Sequence record: MW748999.1
Length of the DNA stretch: 64,000 nt
Direction: 5' to 3' (one strand)
From: Escherichia phage vB_EcoM_Skers
This document shows positions 1-8,645 of the stretch, in pieces. Numbering within the stretch: position 1 is the stretch's first letter; every line of letters begins with the position of its first letter. The position numbers and the translations under genes were made by a program. The notes beneath the pieces are model-generated. The model saw only the letters and a list, made by a program, of their open reading frames with translations. It had not been told where the DNA came from and ran no database searches.

Positions 1-137
1 TTCAACGGTAACATTATTAGCCAGATCCACATCGTCTAAAGTCACCGTAACGCGTCGAGATGGATATGCTACCTGTTCTACTTCAACATGTGCACTTTCG
101 CAAGTAACCTTCATATCAATCATAATTAATTCCTCTA

Positions 138-1139
138 TTAGTAATGGCTAAAACCTTCGGTTACATCTTCAACCACATAGTAACGATGACAGCGCATTTT
201 GGCATTCGCATAATCTTTCGGGATACTTACAACGTGACGCGGATCAACTTTGCATTTAATGATTCGGCCTCGCCCACCGCCATAGTGCGGAATATAGTGT
301 TTCGCTGCAACGTGGAGGCCATTAGAGCAAGTACGATCATCATCTGGGTCCACGTCTTTACGCTTCATTTTAACCGTTCGCCCTGGGCTATTATCAAACG
401 TATGCGTAAAGAAATCTTTATAATCAACATCAACACGTTTCCATGCATAGAAACAACCGTCTTCCCCGATCTCAATGTCGTTGTGCTCTAAGAAGTCAAA
501 CAGACGATCTACGGCCTTACGGCTAGGGTTTTTCTTGCACTTCTCAAAGAAGTTCAGATAGTGCGTATATGGCTTATTCTCTTTAATAGACTCCACAACT
601 CGACGAGTCAGATTATTATCAAGAACAATATTATGATAATACACAATACCATTTTCGATACGGAAAGCGCCGTGATAATATACTTCAACCGCTTTCTTAA
701 TGTCAATCAGCGTAATTGCTTTAATGAAATCATTCTGCTTAACTGCTTCCAGTGCTTCATTAAAGTTAACATGTGATGGATCAGCAGTATAAACAATGTC
801 ACCACATGTAATAGTAATAAACTTAGTTGAGGCTATGGCTACGATTTTTGAGGAAGTAGTCACGGGCTTTTTTGCGCGTTCACCGCCTTTTCCTTTACTG
901 GTTTTACGGCGTGCTTTACGTTTTTCTAGTGCCTTGCGACCTTCCGCTACTGCGTCTTTCTGAATCAGTAATACACGGGAGGCAGTACGACGAGATACCC
1001 CAAATGCTGCCGCAAGTGCTTCGCGGGTAGTAAACTTACCTTCGCCCCACTGTTTAGCCAGTTTGATTTGTTTTTCAGAATCCAGGCATTGAACGTTACG
1101 GTCAGAGACGGTGATTTTTGCTTTAGTCATAGTATTCAT
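138..1139 (-). CDS. rIIB: RIIB protein (membrane-associated rapid-lysis / Rex-exclusion protein B); true start probably the 4th codon (MTKAK, ~1130)
   Basis: C-terminal half matches the conserved RIIB signature as I recall it from T4 (RLFDFL..DIEI.EDG.FYAWK..TFDNSPG..VKM..SIP.DY.NAKMR..VVEDVTE); HTH-like N-terminus; lies directly downstream of rIIA. Confidence 0.8.
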   Translation of the reverse strand: MNTMTKAKITVSDRNVQCLDSEKQIKLAKQWGEGKFTTREALAAAFGVSRRTASRVLLIQKDAVAEGRKALEKRKARRKTSKGKGGERAKKPVTTSSKIVAIASTKFITITCGDIVYTADPSHVNFNEALEAVKQNDFIKAITLIDIKKAVEVYYHGAFRIENGIVYYHNIVLDNNLTRRVVESIKENKPYTHYLNFFEKCKKNPSRKAVDRLFDFLEHNDIEIGEDGCFYAWKRVDVDYKDFFTHTFDNSPGRTVKMKRKDVDPDDDRTCSNGLHVAAKHYIPHYGGGRGRIIKCKVDPRHVVSIPKDYANAKMRCHRYYVVEDVTEGFSHY

Positions 1140-1192
1140 TCCTCTATTAGTTGGGCGACTATCGCCGCCCGATTCACATCATTATACCAGAA

Positions 1193-1324
1193 TTATTTTG
1201 CTTCGACAACCTTGCGGATTGTGCGGTCTGATACATTATAGATTCGTGCCAGTTCGCCTTTAGTCAAGCCGCGAGCGTATTGTTTACGGATGGTTTCTTT
1301 CTGGATAGCGGTCAGTTTAGTCAT
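1193..1324 (-). CDS. small helix-turn-helix protein (43 aa) between rIIA and rIIB
   Basis: ORF MTKLTAIQKETIRKQYARGLTKGELARIYNVSDRTIRKVVEAK with strong SD (AAGAGGTGA) 7 nt upstream; not in six-frame track (<60 aa). Confidence 0.45.
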   Translation of the reverse strand: MTKLTAIQKETIRKQYARGLTKGELARIYNVSDRTIRKVVEAK

Positions 1325-1335
1325 AATATCACCTC

Positions 1336-3444
1336 TTAAAATTTAACATTCTTAACCAGTTTCATAAAGTCTTGTGCGCGTTTGTCGTTATGCAGAATAC
1401 GATACCAGTTATCTACAATATCATACAGTAACGGGCTATTCTCTTTAAACTTCGCACAAACTGCTTTAATTCGTTCGTTTGCTGCCGTGAATTTTTCATC
1501 ACAAATCTTTTTAGTTTCTTCGTCCATAATCCAACGAGTATGAAGGAGTAACTTGGAAACCTCTTTATTATAATGACGACCGTACAGTCTGTCAATAAAT
1601 TCTGGAACACAGCGTTCTAGTTCATCGTCATGAAACAACATAGTGATCACACCCAGATATTCGCCATACCCCAGATGATTGGTCTTAACCTTCTTAGCCA
1701 GACCAGCCAGCTTACCGCAAACAAATTCTAGCGCACATTCCAATTGTTCGTCAACGAGATATTTTTGTGTCTCGTTTCGAGTAATAATATACTTTGTTAC
1801 CCCGAAGTAGTCAAGCGCCGTGTGTAATGTATTTTCACTATGGATCGATTTACGACTACGGCTTTCGAATGCATCACCTACGCGGAACATGTGCAAGCCT
1901 GATAACTCGCGAATCTCTGCCGCTTTCATGTGATGGCTGGTTTTATGCCAATTGTCACCAATCTTTTCCATAATATACACGTTAGGCAGCTTGGGAGTAG
2001 CTTCACGTTGTGTACGCTCGGTCTTTTCCGGTTTAACTGCTTTAGCACGCAGATCATCGGCCTCAGACACCTTAATCACGGTCATTTCAGAATCATCATA
2101 ATACTGTTTGATGTACTCGAAAGTCTCCATATGTTTTTCGTTGCGCTGACGGAACACAAGTACCTTTTTATTGATGCCGTATTCCTGGACCATACCGTTA
2201 AGAGTCAGTGCACGCAGTTTCGGTTTATCGGTATCATCAATAAGACACGTAATATCTTCTTTATGCATCCATACAAAATGCGTAATGTTGTATTGACTGC
2301 TAACGAAAGCAGGGCGCAATTTGCTGATCGTGTGTCGATGATGATACAGAGTATACACTTGACCTTCTACGTCATTAGGCGAATCTTTACCCGCATTCAC
2401 AAACTTATTATAGATTGCTACCGGATCGTCCCATTGTCCGATCTTACCCATCTTGCTAATAATATTGCGTTGAGTCGATGAATACTCGCTCATAAATTGC
2501 GCAAGTTTACGCTCTGTTTTAATGTTGGCGATCTTTTCTTTAACCTTTTCCAACATCATTTCATTGATTTCTGCAATGCGTTTTTCGATGTTCGCTTTAG
2601 TCTCAATTGACAAGTGAACTTCTTCACGCGATGGCATCAGGTCCAGATCACCCAACTCAAAATTAATGTAAATGGTCTGGTGCTGGCGGTTTACAGCTTC
2701 TAACCATGTTCCGCGAACATATTCATACGGGATCGGATACTGGATCTTACCCATGATTGCATATACTACATAGGAATCGTTATCACGCCCATTACAAACA
2801 TAATAATTATCAAAGCTAGGGAAATAATTAATTTCGATTGCATTGATATTAGGTTTGTGTTCCCCAAAATGACGAAGTACAAATTGTGCTTCTCGATGCC
2901 ATGTTTGAATGTCTTTTTCTTTCACCGGAATAGTGATTTTCAGACCATTGTCTTCATAGGTCGGTTCGTCGAAAATCTGCACCATTTTCGGCATAGAGTT
3001 TTGCACAAATGCAGTAAAGCCATAAGCGCGACCATTGTAGTAGTTTACGATTGTAAAGGTGTCGGTATAGCTATAAGCAGACTTCGCACCCAAACCAAAA
3101 GACCCGATATAGTCATTAGTCTGGTCTTTTGTTGATTCAAAGTAAACCGTAAACAGTTGTTCTAATTCTTTCTTAGACGGAATACCAGTACCATAATCAC
3201 GCACAGAAAAATACGGTTCGATTGCAGTCGGTAAATGAATATCAAACGGACGATCTAAGGTTCCGGCTTCTTTGTGAGTGTCGGTAGCATTGCACGAATA
3301 CTCACGGACGCAAGCGCGTTCACAATATTGATAAGTGTTCTTAGAAAGCACCATAAAAGCCTTGCTACTTGCTTTCAGTGAAAAATCAACCGCACCGCTC
3401 AAGTCACTGCCAAATACTTCTTCATTATCAATATGCATTTTCAT
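1336..3444 (-). CDS. rIIA: RIIA protein (GHKL/histidine-kinase-like ATPase fold)
   Basis: 702 aa; N-terminal GHKL-type ATPase-like region (DYGTGI, GSFGLGAKSAY); size and position upstream of rIIB as in T4; GAGGA SD before ATG at 3444. Confidence 0.8.
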   Translation of the reverse strand: MKMHIDNEEVFGSDLSGAVDFSLKASSKAFMVLSKNTYQYCERACVREYSCNATDTHKEAGTLDRPFDIHLPTAIEPYFSVRDYGTGIPSKKELEQLFTVYFESTKDQTNDYIGSFGLGAKSAYSYTDTFTIVNYYNGRAYGFTAFVQNSMPKMVQIFDEPTYEDNGLKITIPVKEKDIQTWHREAQFVLRHFGEHKPNINAIEINYFPSFDNYYVCNGRDNDSYVVYAIMGKIQYPIPYEYVRGTWLEAVNRQHQTIYINFELGDLDLMPSREEVHLSIETKANIEKRIAEINEMMLEKVKEKIANIKTERKLAQFMSEYSSTQRNIISKMGKIGQWDDPVAIYNKFVNAGKDSPNDVEGQVYTLYHHRHTISKLRPAFVSSQYNITHFVWMHKEDITCLIDDTDKPKLRALTLNGMVQEYGINKKVLVFRQRNEKHMETFEYIKQYYDDSEMTVIKVSEADDLRAKAVKPEKTERTQREATPKLPNVYIMEKIGDNWHKTSHHMKAAEIRELSGLHMFRVGDAFESRSRKSIHSENTLHTALDYFGVTKYIITRNETQKYLVDEQLECALEFVCGKLAGLAKKVKTNHLGYGEYLGVITMLFHDDELERCVPEFIDRLYGRHYNKEVSKLLLHTRWIMDEETKKICDEKFTAANERIKAVCAKFKENSPLLYDIVDNWYRILHNDKRAQDFMKLVKNVKF

Positions 3445-3458
3445 AATATAATCCTCAC

Positions 3459-3716
3459 TTAATTAAAATCTTCTTTGTCCATCTCTGCGTAAATTACATC
3501 CCACGCCCATAAATCAATAAACGCATTATATGTCACGGTGCAATCGTTGTCAATCACTTCTTTCGCATATTTCTTGATGTTTTCGTAGGAAACTTGCGGA
3601 TCAATTTTGTGTTTACGAAGATGCGCATATTCATACCTCAAACACTCCATAAACAGGTCCATCGATTTCTTTTCTCGATGACACTTGGCGATCATAAAAT
3701 CAAAACTTCGACTCAT
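3459..3716 (-). CDS. hypothetical protein (rIIA.1 position)
   Basis: 85-aa ORF in the minus-strand gene train; synteny only. Confidence 0.4.
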   Translation of the reverse strand: MSRSFDFMIAKCHREKKSMDLFMECLRYEYAHLRKHKIDPQVSYENIKKYAKEVIDNDCTVTYNAFIDLWAWDVIYAEMDKEDFN

Positions 3717-3726
3717 TTTCTACTCC

Positions 3727-3921
3727 TTATACATTTTCAATCACCCATTGCAGATGGGCTTCTGCGTCAACCAGTTCAGCGCGGCTTTTCTCTAAGCACT
3801 TGCTGTATTCTTTACGTTCCCACTCGGCAATTTCGTTTTTCAGGACTTCTTCATAGTAAGCAATTACGCCTTTCAGATCGGAAACTTTACGGCTTGCCAG
3901 TTCGATGTAATGGTTACGCAT
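3727..3921 (-). CDS. hypothetical small protein
   Basis: 64-aa minus-strand ORF, tight spacing with neighbours. Confidence 0.3.
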   Translation of the reverse strand: MRNHYIELASRKVSDLKGVIAYYEEVLKNEIAEWERKEYSKCLEKSRAELVDAEAHLQWVIENV

Positions 3922-4117
3922 TTTGATTCTCCTTTGTTACTAGATAACGAATTTGGTCTTGCATTGCAATCAGTTCCCAGCGTGCTACTTTCATCATAGA
4001 AACCGACTCTTTGAACATAATATTAGCTTTTTCCTTATCCCCTGTCAAGTAGATTTCTGCAATTTTTTCACAAAATTTTTGAGTTTCTTCATTCTTAAAC
4101 GGTTTCATATAAGTCAA
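3914..4117 (-). CDS. hypothetical small protein
   Basis: 67-aa minus-strand ORF overlapping neighbour by 8 nt. Confidence 0.3.
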   Translation of the reverse strand: MTYMKPFKNEETQKFCEKIAEIYLTGDKEKANIMFKESVSMMKVARWELIAMQDQIRYLVTKENQNA

Positions 4118-4174
4118 CCTTTTGTTTTCGATGGGGATATTATGATATATCCCCGATCCGGTGTCAACAGATTT

Positions 4175-4474
4175 TTAATCTTTTTTCAGTGCATCCATTA
4201 CTCGCTCTGCGATCAGTTCTCTTAAGCACTGATAACCATGATATTTGATGGCAATGTCACGCAGATCATTAACCAGTTCCCGTACTTCATGGTCTTTCAG
4301 ATCGTCTCTGTATTTCGATTTAATCGTATCTTTAGGTGGATTGCGGATAACCTGAAAACCTTGTTCTGCAATCACTGCGGCTTCTCGCTGGCGTTCATGC
4401 TGTACTGTATTTTTGATCAGGTCTGCTTCCATGAACTTTGCCACACTCATCATCATGTTATTCTTTTTGCTCAT
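4175..4474 (-). CDS. hypothetical protein (start at MSKKN, shorter than track ORF)
   Basis: GAGGA SD 7 nt upstream of ATG at 4474; track ORF 4175..4555 has an N-terminal extension running through the promoter. Confidence 0.4.
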   Translation of the reverse strand: MSKKNNMMMSVAKFMEADLIKNTVQHERQREAAVIAEQGFQVIRNPPKDTIKSKYRDDLKDHEVRELVNDLRDIAIKYHGYQCLRELIAERVMDALKKD

Positions 4475-4508
4475 CGTTAAATCCTCATAAAAGAAAAGGG
4501 AGACTCCC

Positions 4509-4536
4509 ATTATAGAGAATCTCCCTTGTATGTCAA
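4509..4536 (-). promoter_or_regulatory. sigma70-type early promoter (TTGACA-16-TATAAT) with flanking inverted repeat
   Basis: Reverse complement reads TTGACAtacaagggagattctcTATAAT; GGGAGA/TCTCCC arms bracket the -10. Confidence 0.45.
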
Positions 4537-4539
4537 GTG

Positions 4540-6363
4540 TTATGATTGCATCCAAATTTTGCGTTGATCTGCATCTTCACTATAGAGCAAATCGAATAGC
4601 TCTTTATAGTTTTCCGGTAACGTGATGATCTCCATTACAGGATCGTTGATCACGCGATGATAATCTGATTCTGTAAGCGATGCTAACCCTTTGATATATC
4701 GAATGTTGTAACCTTTGATATTATCTCGGTCGTTCTCGAAATCTTCTAGGTCATAATACCATCGAACATCATCACCTTTCTTTGGTTCCGCAATGATAAT
4801 AGGTGTTTTGATAAACCGGATTCGACCATCTTCGAACAATTCAGGCCAACGAGCAAAGAAAGAGATCAGACTAGGCTTAATAGACCCGATCCCGTCGGTA
4901 TCAGCGTCTGTCATAATCGCAATATTTTTGTATTGCATAACTTCCAATGCATCAACACCAAATTGCAAACCAGTGATCGCCATGATGTTAAAAATTTCAG
5001 CGTTCTTAACGATCTTTGCCTCCGGTTGTTCCCACGTTGTAAGAGTTTTGCCTCGCAACGGGAAACCGCCATGTAAATCTTGATCACGTACAGAGATCAG
5101 ATAGTTGATCGCGGAATCACCTTCCGTCAAAAACAGGGTAGTTTCTGCGTCAGTTCCAATAAGGTTAGCTTTAACGTGCTTTGCTACCTTAGCCCGTTTT
5201 GCTGCCTTTGCTGCCTTAGTCGCTGCCGCTTTATCTGCTGCCTCTTTGCGTGCCAGGACTACAGCAATAATAGGCATGATAATGTTTTCTTTCTTCGCAA
5301 TGACTTTAGCCAGCTTTTTAAAATCAAGATCAATATGACGCTTGATATCACCAGTCGGGTTAGTCAAGCGTTCTTTTGTCTGTGAATCAAAACGAAGGTT
5401 AGGCAATTCACGAACAATAAGAATACAGGTCAATCCAGATTTAACCGCAGCTTTAGTAACATCAACCTTATATTCTTTTTTGATTCGTTTTACAATCTCT
5501 TCACAAAGATCATCTGTCACATAATCAACGTGTGTTCCCCCGTTTTTGGTAAACAGACCGTTAGCAAAGGATACTGATTTAAAACCTTCTCCCTCGACCG
5601 CCGGAACGAGGGCAAGTGAAAAGTTTTTATCTTCAATGACAAACGGATCATCATTGTATAGTTTGGCATAATCCTTGAACTTGCTGGTTATCTTTTTGCC
5701 ATTAAACTTAAACGTGATCTTAGGAAAGATTACACTCAATGAATACATTCGATCGCAAATCACATCTGAAATTTCTTGTGACATGATCATACCTTCAAAA
5801 TGATCGAAATCGGGGCAGAACGTAACCTTAGTTCCTTTCAGTTTTGACGGCTTAGATGACCAGCTAATATTTTCTGCACCATTGGTACATTGAACGGTCA
5901 GTTCATTCTCTCCGTCACACGTCACACCAGTAAACCAGGACGAGAAAAATGATGTGAGCGCGCTTCCGATCCCATTCATACCCATAGTAACACGATTTGT
6001 ATCATCAAAGTTAGACCCTGCTTTAGCTCGTGTCCATGCAGCAACTGGTTGTGGAATCTGTTTCCCCTCTGGCGTCGTAACAATATGTTGCGGAATACCG
6101 CGACCATTATCTGTTACTGACACAATGTTATCTTTTATATCCACACTAATAACATTAGCGTACTCAAAATTAGTGCGGATCGCCTCGTCTACCGAGTTGT
6201 CGATGATCTCATCAATGATTTTAACCAGTCCAGGAACGTATGAAACTTTGGTCCATTTTCCAAATAGGAAACGATTGTGTGATTCATAAGTCGTTGACCC
6301 GATGTACATTGAAGGTCTCTTAAGACAGTGAGCGCGATCATCTAACAGCAAAAATTCAGACAT
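4540..6363 (-). CDS. 39: DNA topoisomerase II large subunit, unsplit (T4 gene 39 plus gene 60 equivalent in one ORF)
   Basis: 607 aa; N-terminus KRPSMYIGS..FGKW..YVPGLVKIIDEIIDNSVDEAIRT (GHKL ATPase) and C-terminal Toprim motif IAIMTDADTDG. Confidence 0.9.
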   Translation of the reverse strand: MSEFLLLDDRAHCLKRPSMYIGSTTYESHNRFLFGKWTKVSYVPGLVKIIDEIIDNSVDEAIRTNFEYANVISVDIKDNIVSVTDNGRGIPQHIVTTPEGKQIPQPVAAWTRAKAGSNFDDTNRVTMGMNGIGSALTSFFSSWFTGVTCDGENELTVQCTNGAENISWSSKPSKLKGTKVTFCPDFDHFEGMIMSQEISDVICDRMYSLSVIFPKITFKFNGKKITSKFKDYAKLYNDDPFVIEDKNFSLALVPAVEGEGFKSVSFANGLFTKNGGTHVDYVTDDLCEEIVKRIKKEYKVDVTKAAVKSGLTCILIVRELPNLRFDSQTKERLTNPTGDIKRHIDLDFKKLAKVIAKKENIIMPIIAVVLARKEAADKAAATKAAKAAKRAKVAKHVKANLIGTDAETTLFLTEGDSAINYLISVRDQDLHGGFPLRGKTLTTWEQPEAKIVKNAEIFNIMAITGLQFGVDALEVMQYKNIAIMTDADTDGIGSIKPSLISFFARWPELFEDGRIRFIKTPIIIAEPKKGDDVRWYYDLEDFENDRDNIKGYNIRYIKGLASLTESDYHRVINDPVMEIITLPENYKELFDLLYSEDADQRKIWMQS

Positions 6364-6369
6364 ATTATA

Positions 6370-7128
6370 TCATTCTCCGTCAGTTCGTTTCAGGTATTCC
6401 AATGCCGCATATAATCTTTGAGGATCGTCTTTGAACATCCCTAATCCGGCATTACATTTTCCACAAAGAACACCTCTTATCTTACCAGTCTTATGATTAT
6501 GGTCAAGATGTTTCCACTTTTGGCGTTTTCTCTCGCCGCATCGTTCATTTATGAATTTTACACCGCATATCTCGCAATTGTCAACTCTGCCTAAAATTTC
6601 TAACGCTTCTCTTTTTGATATTTTTATACCATTTTCGGCATGATGATATGGCCTATCTAGTTCTCGCTCTCGCTTCTCAAACAATCGACACTCATCAGAA
6701 CAATACTTTTGAGATGCGTTTATTGCAACAAATGGTTTACCACATTTAGCGCATTCTCGTTCAATCTTTATGTTTTGTGCCTGGTCCAACGATGCGCAAC
6801 GAGAACAGCAAAATTTATGATAGCCTCTAGAGTATGTATGATAATTTACAGGATTTGGGCATCTTGCACACTTAACTATTCCTGTTATTCCGTGGCGCAA
6901 TCTATAAACAGCCTCGTTATATGGTTGTTGATTTCTGAGACCTCCATTACAGAACTTAAACTCATTCCTTATAATCTGAAATTCCGCAGGATACAATTTT
7001 TCCATTTCTGGAATTTTATTTTCTTTAAAAAGATTTGAGTTTAGTCTATTTCCGCTTTTCGCCTCCAGAACATCAACAATAAACTTTTTGATGTTCACTT
7101 TTCTCTCTCCAATACATAACATAACCAT
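6370..7128 (-). CDS. HNH endonuclease of the endonuclease VII type with N-terminal zinc ribbons (putative free-standing homing endonuclease); start uncertain
   Basis: C-terminus CEICGVKF..WKHLDHNHKTGKIRGVLCGKCNAGLG resembles the EndoVII/gp49 catalytic motif (compare gp49 at 40824: HLDHDHDL..GRVRGLLHSCCN); several CxxC pairs upstream. Confidence 0.55.
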   Translation of the reverse strand: MVMLCIGERKVNIKKFIVDVLEAKSGNRLNSNLFKENKIPEMEKLYPAEFQIIRNEFKFCNGGLRNQQPYNEAVYRLRHGITGIVKCARCPNPVNYHTYSRGYHKFCCSRCASLDQAQNIKIERECAKCGKPFVAINASQKYCSDECRLFEKRERELDRPYHHAENGIKISKREALEILGRVDNCEICGVKFINERCGERKRQKWKHLDHNHKTGKIRGVLCGKCNAGLGMFKDDPQRLYAALEYLKRTDGE

Positions 7129-7200
7129 AACTTACTGCAACCGCCACAAAGACGGCTGCAACAATCATATTAAAAATTGAGTGATTGTCAAGTATATGAC

Positions 7201-7373
7201 TCATGACACGCGCACATTTTTATCATAGTACCCGCCATTAATCCCGCGCGGGGCAGTTAATCCCTGTTTGCATTCTTTACCACATTCAGGGCATTCTGCC
7301 TTTTCACGCTCGGAAATTTTGCGGATTTTCTGAAATTGACCGTGTTCTTCACAAGAATAATCGTATAATGGCA
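7201..7373 (-). CDS. FmdB-like zinc-ribbon small protein (start at MPLYDY)
   Basis: MPLYDYSCEEHGQF...ECPECGKE matches the FmdB-family zinc ribbon pattern; AGGGGA SD upstream of ATG at 7373. Confidence 0.4.
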
Positions 7374-7375
7374 TA

Positions 7376-8044
7376 TTATCCCCTTTGTTTCTTAACTGAA
7401 TTTGGATCTGGATTTTCTGGTAGGTCTTCCAGACCCATAGCATAACGTTGTGCATAGATTAGCATAAGAATATCGCGAGCGCAATCATGAATTGCATCAT
7501 GTGCGATAAAACCATCTAGCGTACCCATTGGTAACGGACACTCACACATCCCGCGATGCATCAATGTACGCTCAATGGCGGTGCGAACATCTCGGATATT
7601 CCAGAATCGCACAGGTTCAAGGCTGAACGTCTCTCGTGTATTGTGTGCACGGCGGATCATATCAACTAGTAACGGAATATCAAACGCATTACCGCGTGAC
7701 CACAATACGGATTTAACCGGATCTACTCCTACGGCTTCACAGAATGCGTTAAAACGCGCTAAACCTTCTTTAGTTGATACTTCCGTACCATTTGTGATTA
7801 ATTGCTTTCTCATGCCTTCTGAGGCGGTATTCTTCCACCATTCAACCACACCATGATCAAACACCCTTACACCTTTCTGGGAAGGAATATCAAATTTTAC
7901 CAGAAAGGAATTGTCCACCAGTTCTTTAAATGTAGGTGGATTGTGCGGATCTTCTTTAAATCCGATTGCCGCCATATTGATCACCGCCCCATCAGGCGGA
8001 TAACCTAAACTTTCAAAGTCAATCATTAAATCCACTGGAAGCAT
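7376..8044 (-). CDS. dexA: exonuclease A (DnaQ-like 3'-5' exonuclease)
   Basis: Starts MLPVDLMIDFESLG (DxE exonuclease motif); GGAGGA SD upstream of ATG at 8044; position between gene 39 region and dda as in T4. Confidence 0.7.
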   Translation of the reverse strand: MLPVDLMIDFESLGYPPDGAVINMAAIGFKEDPHNPPTFKELVDNSFLVKFDIPSQKGVRVFDHGVVEWWKNTASEGMRKQLITNGTEVSTKEGLARFNAFCEAVGVDPVKSVLWSRGNAFDIPLLVDMIRRAHNTRETFSLEPVRFWNIRDVRTAIERTLMHRGMCECPLPMGTLDGFIAHDAIHDCARDILMLIYAQRYAMGLEDLPENPDPNSVKKQRG

Positions 8045-8045
8045 T

Positions 8046-8288
8046 TTAAATATCCTCCGCGATATGCCGGAACAACTCCAGATCGTTTTTATCCAGAATG
8101 AAACCGCTACAATCAATAATCCCGTTACCGTAATTATCGGTTAACAGTCGGTCCGTTGCCATGTATGCGCGTACTTTGTTGTTAAAATTCATTACATGTT
8201 GTGCATAGTCACAATGAATCTTTTGACGGTTCCACGCGACAATTGATTGTAGATGTATTACATTAGCCATATTATTAATAACAACCAT
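8046..8288 (-). CDS. hypothetical small protein (dexA.x position)
   Basis: 80-aa ORF starting MVVINNMANV immediately after stop of upstream ORF (TGATATG junction). Confidence 0.35.
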   Translation of the reverse strand: MVVINNMANVIHLQSIVAWNRQKIHCDYAQHVMNFNNKVRAYMATDRLLTDNYGNGIIDCSGFILDKNDLELFRHIAEDI

Positions 8289-8340
8289 ATCAAAACCCTC
8301 GCTTAGTGGAATGTTCTGGCATTTTATTGATACATACAGC
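8285..8340 (-). repeat. direct repeat copy 1 (~56 bp, spans 3' end of a small gene plus start of the next)
   Basis: ccatatcaaaaccctcgcttagtggaatgttctggcattttattgatacatacagc is ~85% identical to 8463-8518. Confidence 0.5.
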
Positions 8341-8466
8341 TTGGTAGTCACGAGATTTTTTTGACGAATTAAGAGCTACAGCCAAAAAATCCTGTAACTG
8401 TTCGTTTGTCATTTTTGGCTTACACCGCGTATCTAAACCCTTCGTTCTTCTAGCTTCATTAGCCAT
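8290..8466 (-). CDS. hypothetical small protein (58 aa)
   Basis: ORF MANEARR...CINKMPEHSTKRGF; C-terminal 14 aa paralogous to the next small ORF. Confidence 0.35.
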   Translation of the reverse strand: MANEARRTKGLDTRCKPKMTNEQLQDFLAVALNSSKKSRDYQAVCINKMPEHSTKRGF

Positions 8467-8518
8467 ATCAAAAACCTCGCTTAGTGAAATGCTCGATCAT
8501 TTTATTGATACATGCAGC
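8463..8518 (-). repeat. direct repeat copy 2
   Basis: ccatatcaaaaacctcgcttagtgaaatgctcgatcattttattgatacatgcagc, partner of 8285-8340. Confidence 0.5.
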
Positions 8519-8635
8519 TTCACTATCGCCGGACACGTTCCAGCCGTATAGACCCCATCTAAAGCACATGGTAACAGTTCCATTGTGACGGCTTACCGTC
8601 ACATCATTAAATTCTGGGATACTTCGCATAATCAT
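8468..8635 (-). CDS. hypothetical small protein (55 aa)
   Basis: ORF MIMRSIPEF...CINKMIEHFTKRGF with GAGGAA SD. Confidence 0.35.
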   Translation of the reverse strand: MIMRSIPEFNDVTVSRHNGTVTMCFRWGLYGWNVSGDSEAACINKMIEHFTKRGF

Positions 8636-8645
8636 AATAATTTCC

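Noticed and set aside
144-6289. Plus-strand ORFs of 60-180 aa (for example 144-491, 561-776, 1930-2481, 2857-3135, 4793-5083, 5105-5338, 5954-6289) and similar ones throughout the window
   Set aside because: They lie entirely inside long, motif-supported minus-strand genes (rIIB, rIIA, gene 39 and so on), lack SD sequences and have low-complexity translations; treated as antisense shadow ORFs.
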